A DNA stretch of 64,000 nucleotides from Terriglobia bacterium. Its GTDB lineage: Bacteria; Acidobacteriota; Terriglobia; JAJPHL01; JAPKYU01. The translations under genes were made by a program, and so were the position numbers. This document shows positions 60,107 to 64,000 of this stretch, in pieces (positions within the stretch are counted from its first letter, which is position 1; every line of letters begins with the position of its first letter). Below the pieces are notes generated by a model. The model searched no databases. It worked only from the letters and a program-made list of their open reading frames with translations, and had not been told where the DNA came from. The stretch covers positions 512,001 through 576,000 of the forward strand of contig CBDBKE010000004.1 in NCBI GenBank assembly GCA_965206645.1. Reading direction: 5' to 3'.

Positions 60107-60943
60107 GTGTTGACTGCGCGGCGTTCTCCTCTTGCTGTGAAACTGGTGGTTCTGAAACTACCGCTTCTGAAGCTGCCGGTTCTGAAACTGGTGGTGTCCG
60201 CCCTCCTGCTGGTGTCGCTTCCTACGGCCGCCGCACCGGTTTCTCCTGCCGACCTGCAGCATCGCGGATACGTCAACGACTTTGCCGAGGTCATTGATCC
60301 GCAGTGGGAGCAGCGGCTTACCCAATTGCTCACCGTACTGGACCAAAAGACCAAGGCGCAGATTGCCGTGGTCACCCTGGCGTCGCTCGAAGGAGATCCA
60401 ATCGAGGACTTCGCCACGCGCCTGTTCGAAGTGTGGGGGGTCGGCCACAAGGACGATCGGGGCGCGTTGCTGTTGCTGGTGATCCAGGACCGCAAGTCGC
60501 GGCTCGAAGTTGGCTACGGCCTGGAACCCATCATCCCGGATGGCTACGCGGGAAGCCTGCTGCGCGAAATGAGGCCGGCGCTGCGCCAGCAACAGTACGG
60601 TGAGGCCGTGTACGCCGGCGTGCTACTGCTGTCGGAACGGATTGCGGCGGAGGCCGGTGTTAAACTGGAAGGGGCAGGAATCGCGCCGCCCCAGCAGCGA
60701 CGCCGCGCACGGCGGCGGAGCCCTCTGGGGTCCTTGCTGTCGCTGGTTGCCATGTTGGCGTTCGGCATCATGCCCTGGTGGATGCCGGGGATGGGGTTCG
60801 GCTACAGGCGCCGCCGTAGAGGCGGCCTGCTGCTGGGCGGCTTTGGCGGTTTCGGCGGCTATGACCGCGGTGGTTTTGGCGGTGGCTTCGGAGGTTTTGG
60901 AGGCGGGCTCAGTGGAGGTGGTGGCGCGAGCTCCAGTTGGTAG
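60107..60943 (+). CDS. TPM-domain (YgcG-like) membrane protein; start uncertain
   Basis: YVNDFA, QIAVVT, W.VG, RLEVGYGLE..IPD, Gly-rich tail GGGASSSW. Confidence 0.88.
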   Translation: MLTARRSPLAVKLVVLKLPLLKLPVLKLVVSALLLVSLPTAAAPVSPADLQHRGYVNDFAEVIDPQWEQRLTQLLTVLDQKTKAQIAVVTLASLEGDPIEDFATRLFEVWGVGHKDDRGALLLLVIQDRKSRLEVGYGLEPIIPDGYAGSLLREMRPALRQQQYGEAVYAGVLLLSERIAAEAGVKLEGAGIAPPQQRRRARRRSPLGSLLSLVAMLAFGIMPWWMPGMGFGYRRRRRGGLLLGGFGGFGGYDRGGFGGGFGGFGGGLSGGGGASSSW

Positions 60944-60966
60944 CAAGGGTGCCGGCAGGCTGAGGC

Positions 60967-61731
60967 ATGAACACCGAGAAGCTTCTTTCTCAATTGGTGA
61001 AGCGCTTAGAGCAGGCCTACGGACCCGACCTGCGTAGCGTAGTGCTGTACGGGTCGGCGGCGGCCGGCGATTTCCACGAGAAGTATTCGGACTTGAACGT
61101 CCTCTGCGTGCTCCGCGACTTGGGCGTGGAGAGTCTGCAGAAGGCTGAGCAGACCGCCCACTGGTGGCGCGGCCTCGGCAATCCGGCCCCATTGCTGTGG
61201 TCTGAGAAGGAACTGGCGACCGCCTCGGATGCCTTCCCCATCGAGTTTCTCGACCTCAGAGAGCAGCACCGCGTGTTGCACGGCGAGGAACTGGTGGCTG
61301 GAATCACCATCGATCCGGCCTTCCATCGCGTGCAGGTGGAGCACGAGCTGCGCACCAAGCTGCTGGCCTTGCGGCAGCGCTACCTGGGCATCTACCGCGA
61401 CCAAAAGATGGTGATCAAGCTGATGGTGGATGCCCTGCCCAGCTTTGTCACCCTGTTCCGGCACGCGCTGATCCTGGCAGGCCAGACCGCACTGGCTGGC
61501 GCGGCGCCTCCGGAAACGGCTCCGACCCGGAAGCGCCAGGTTCTGGAGGCGGCTGGGCGCCGCTTCGGGATTGATCCCGCCCCCTTCCTGGCCGTGCTGG
61601 AGGTGAGGGAAGGCAAGCGGAAGCTCCACTCAGGCGAAGCCGCCTCGACGTTCCAGGGATACTACGCGGACGTCGGTCGCGTTTGCGAACAGGTGGATTC
61701 CCTGTTGAAAGAAAGGGCCAAAACTCCATGA
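60967..61731 (+). CDS. nucleotidyltransferase-domain protein
   Basis: SVVLYGSAA.GD.....SDLN (GS...DxN), DAFPIEF. Confidence 0.75.
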   Translation: MNTEKLLSQLVKRLEQAYGPDLRSVVLYGSAAAGDFHEKYSDLNVLCVLRDLGVESLQKAEQTAHWWRGLGNPAPLLWSEKELATASDAFPIEFLDLREQHRVLHGEELVAGITIDPAFHRVQVEHELRTKLLALRQRYLGIYRDQKMVIKLMVDALPSFVTLFRHALILAGQTALAGAAPPETAPTRKRQVLEAAGRRFGIDPAPFLAVLEVREGKRKLHSGEAASTFQGYYADVGRVCEQVDSLLKERAKTP

Positions 61732-62312
61732 AGAAAGCTTGGATAGCCGTGTTGGTGGTGCTGGGGACGCTTCTGGTCACTGCCCTGGCCTTCGGTTCGC
61801 TTTACTTCGGTCGGCGCAACGATATGGTTCGGCACCAGGAAGCCGTCCAGGCGGCCTGGGCCCAGGTGGACGTGGTCCTTAAGCGCCGCGCCGACTTGAT
61901 TCCCAACCTGGTGGAGACCGTGAAGGGCTTCGCGGCCCATGAGCAGAAAGCGATCCAGGCAGTGACTCAGGCGCGAGCGGCCCTCATCGGCGCCCGCACT
62001 CCTCAGCAGCGCATTGGCGCCAATGCACGCCTGGACGGCGCCTTGGGCCGCCTGTTGGTGGTGGTGGAAAACTATCCCAACTTGAAGGCCAACGAGACCT
62101 TCCTGCGACTGCAGGACGAGCTCGCTGGCTCGGAAAACCGCATCGCGGTAGAACGCCGCCGCTACAACCAGGCGGTGCAGGTCTACAACACCTACATTCG
62201 GTTGTTTCCCAACAACTTGGTGGCCGGCTTCAGCGGATTCGAGCGCAACGATGCCTATTTCGAGGCCGAGGAAAGCGCCCGCGCCGTGCCGGAAGTGCAG
62301 TTTGCGCAGTAG
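61728..62312 (+). CDS. lemA: LemA-family protein
   Basis: W.QV...LKRRADLIPNLVETVKG, ENYP.LKA, ENRIAVERRRYN, FP.N. Confidence 0.93.
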   Translation: MKKAWIAVLVVLGTLLVTALAFGSLYFGRRNDMVRHQEAVQAAWAQVDVVLKRRADLIPNLVETVKGFAAHEQKAIQAVTQARAALIGARTPQQRIGANARLDGALGRLLVVVENYPNLKANETFLRLQDELAGSENRIAVERRRYNQAVQVYNTYIRLFPNNLVAGFSGFERNDAYFEAEESARAVPEVQFAQ

Positions 62313-62407
62313 CTTTTCGGAGCAGCCGGGAGACTGCCGGCTTGCGCTCGAGGCCTGACCGTGCAATTTAGGCGCAACTTACTTTCTCCCGTAGGGTTTA
62401 GCGGAGT

Positions 62408-63031
62408 GTGAGGGCAATGGCGCTGGAGCACGATGCGCAGCTAATGCTCAGCGTGAAGGAAGGAGACGAGGCTTCCTTCGCCCTGCTGCTGGCGCGCTAC
62501 CGCACCCCGGTCATGAACTTCATCTACCGGATGGTGCAGAACCAGCCCGTTGCCGAGGAGCTGGCCCAGGAGGTGTTCCTGCGGGTGTGCCGGGCTCGGA
62601 ACGGCTACGCACCAAGTGCCAAGTTCACCACCTGGCTGTTCCGGATCGCCACGCACCTTGCGCTGAACGCCATCCGCGACAACCGCGGCGAGCGGGTGAC
62701 GGACAGCCTGGACGAGGAACAGACGCCTGCCGCCGCCGTGGCCGACCGGCGGGCCAGCGTCGAACAGGTACTGCTGGAGGAAGCGCGGCTGATGGAAGTC
62801 CGGCGCGCCGTTCAGGCGCTGCCGGCCAAGCAGCGTGCGGCGGTCCTGATGCACAAGTACGAGGAGATGGAGTACGCGCAGATCGCCCAGGTGCTGGGCT
62901 GCTCCGAATCGGCGGTGAAGTCGCTGCTGTTTCGGGCTTACGAAACATTGCGCCAGAAGCTTGCTCATTTTGCTCCGAGCGCCCCAACTGGCGCGCCTTT
63001 GGCCAACAGGGGCTCGGTGTGCAAGCCATGA
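62408..63031 (+). CDS. ECF sigma-70 factor
   Basis: AEELAQEVFL, FTTWLFRIA, LP.KQR, IAQVLG.SE.AVKS.L.RA. Confidence 0.9.
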   Translation: MRAMALEHDAQLMLSVKEGDEASFALLLARYRTPVMNFIYRMVQNQPVAEELAQEVFLRVCRARNGYAPSAKFTTWLFRIATHLALNAIRDNRGERVTDSLDEEQTPAAAVADRRASVEQVLLEEARLMEVRRAVQALPAKQRAAVLMHKYEEMEYAQIAQVLGCSESAVKSLLFRAYETLRQKLAHFAPSAPTGAPLANRGSVCKP

Positions 63032-63071
63032 CGAGGTTCCCCATGACGAGGCTCCCCGTAACGAGGCTCCA

Positions 63072-63629
63072 ATGAACTGCGCCAAACTGGAAACACTTTG
63101 GCTTCCCTACCTGGACGGCAAGCTTTCCTCCCAGGAGCGTGCCCTGGTGGAAGCCCATCTGGCCCAGTGCTCTGCCTGCGCGGAGCAGATGGAAGGCTTC
63201 CGGCAGGTTTCGCAGTTGCTGGAGAGCTGGCAGGCTCCGGCAGCCTCGCCCTGGTTCGAGGCACGGCTTCGCCAGAAGGTCGCTGAGGAGGCCGCGCCGC
63301 GAGGCCTGGCCGGCTGGCTGCTGGCTCCGCTGACCAGTTTCCCCGTCAGCGCCTCCGTCAGCGTGGCCGTCCTGCTGTTACTGGCAGCCCTGCTCATCTC
63401 GAGCGGCGGGACACGCCGGTCGCCGGAGCCGGACCTGATCGTAAGCGACGTCCAGGTGGACGAACTACTGCAGGTTGTTGAGGAGGGTGACCTCTACGTG
63501 CAGCTTCAGGCAGCGCTCCAGGAAAACTCAACCGACGAGCTGCTGAACCTCATGGCGGAAGTTGAACTGCTCGATGAATTCGAAGTGCTGGGCGAGTTAC
63601 AGAAACCTGTTCAGGGACAGTGGCGGTAA
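63072..63629 (+). CDS. zf-HC2 anti-sigma factor
   Basis: MNC...YLDG.L...HLAQCSAC followed by a TM helix. Confidence 0.85.
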   Translation: MNCAKLETLWLPYLDGKLSSQERALVEAHLAQCSACAEQMEGFRQVSQLLESWQAPAASPWFEARLRQKVAEEAAPRGLAGWLLAPLTSFPVSASVSVAVLLLLAALLISSGGTRRSPEPDLIVSDVQVDELLQVVEEGDLYVQLQAALQENSTDELLNLMAEVELLDEFEVLGELQKPVQGQWR

Positions 63630-63642
63630 GTTGCGTTGGGTT

Positions 63643-64000
63643 ATGAACAGATTGAAAACCCTAGCCGGTGTGAGTCTGATGCTGCTGGCCGGAACCTGTT
63701 TGCTAGCCGCGCAGGGTGCCGAACAGCAACCTGAACCCGCTGAGCAGGGACCAGCACGGGCTGAGCCGCGGGACTATTTCATTGGACACCCGAGTGACCG
63801 GCCTCACCCGCCCCCAGGGCTGCGGCCTCGCCGGGGACCCGATTTCCAGCGGCACCCACGAGGTCGGGGAAGCCGCGGCCACCACCGCCGGCATGGCCCG
63901 CACCTGCCGGGCTTGCTGTTCCGCCTTGGAGAGAAACCTCCGGAGGAGCAACAGCGCATCCTGCAGGCCATCCCGCGCTTCCGTCGCCTCCCCCCGAGAG
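63643..64000 (+). CDS. secreted protein (DUF3106-like), partial
   Basis: Signal peptide, Pro/Arg-rich region, PPEEQQRIL...RFRRLPPE; open to the window end. Confidence 0.55.
   Translation, partial: MNRLKTLAGVSLMLLAGTCLLAAQGAEQQPEPAEQGPARAEPRDYFIGHPSDRPHPPPGLRPRRGPDFQRHPRGRGSRGHHRRHGPHLPGLLFRLGEKPPEEQQRILQAIPRFRRLPPR

Overview
A GC-rich bacterial window, probably Acidobacteriota and possibly a marine-invertebrate symbiont; both are inferences from gene content, including an LRR/FN3/Calx-beta surface protein. Positions 1 to ~57030 form a heavily rearranged mosaic genomic island. It holds a decayed conjugation module (virB4/virB3/virB2, replication-relaxation-type protein, ArdC) and an IS-truncated surface protein. 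Two near-identical inverted IS3 copies bracket a three-gene hypothetical + PLD-nuclease + SNF2-helicase operon (Azaca-like defence architecture) and an HU gene. A type 1 BREX locus (brxABC-pglX-pglZ-brxL) has an AAA/DUF4143 ATPase upstream and a DUF5131 + TcmP pair downstream. Three tandem tRNA-Arg(TCT) 3'-end att copies delimit single-gene units (RNase D; DEAD-box helicase) next to a P4-like integrase. The island also carries IS630, IS3/IS5/IS6/IS21/IS1595 remnants, a Fur-box-headed Fe3+ ABC transporter, a TA pair with a nonsense toxin, a GIY-YIG nuclease and an IrrE/ImmA peptidase. It ends at a tRNA-Val(CAC) gene cut in its anticodon stem and followed by IHF and arm-type sites. Positions 57116-64000 look like host backbone (MoxR, YchF, ZIP, TPM, nucleotidyltransferase, LemA, ECF sigma/anti-sigma). 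Several single-base indels could be sequencing errors. All family calls come from motif recognition by eye, not database searches.
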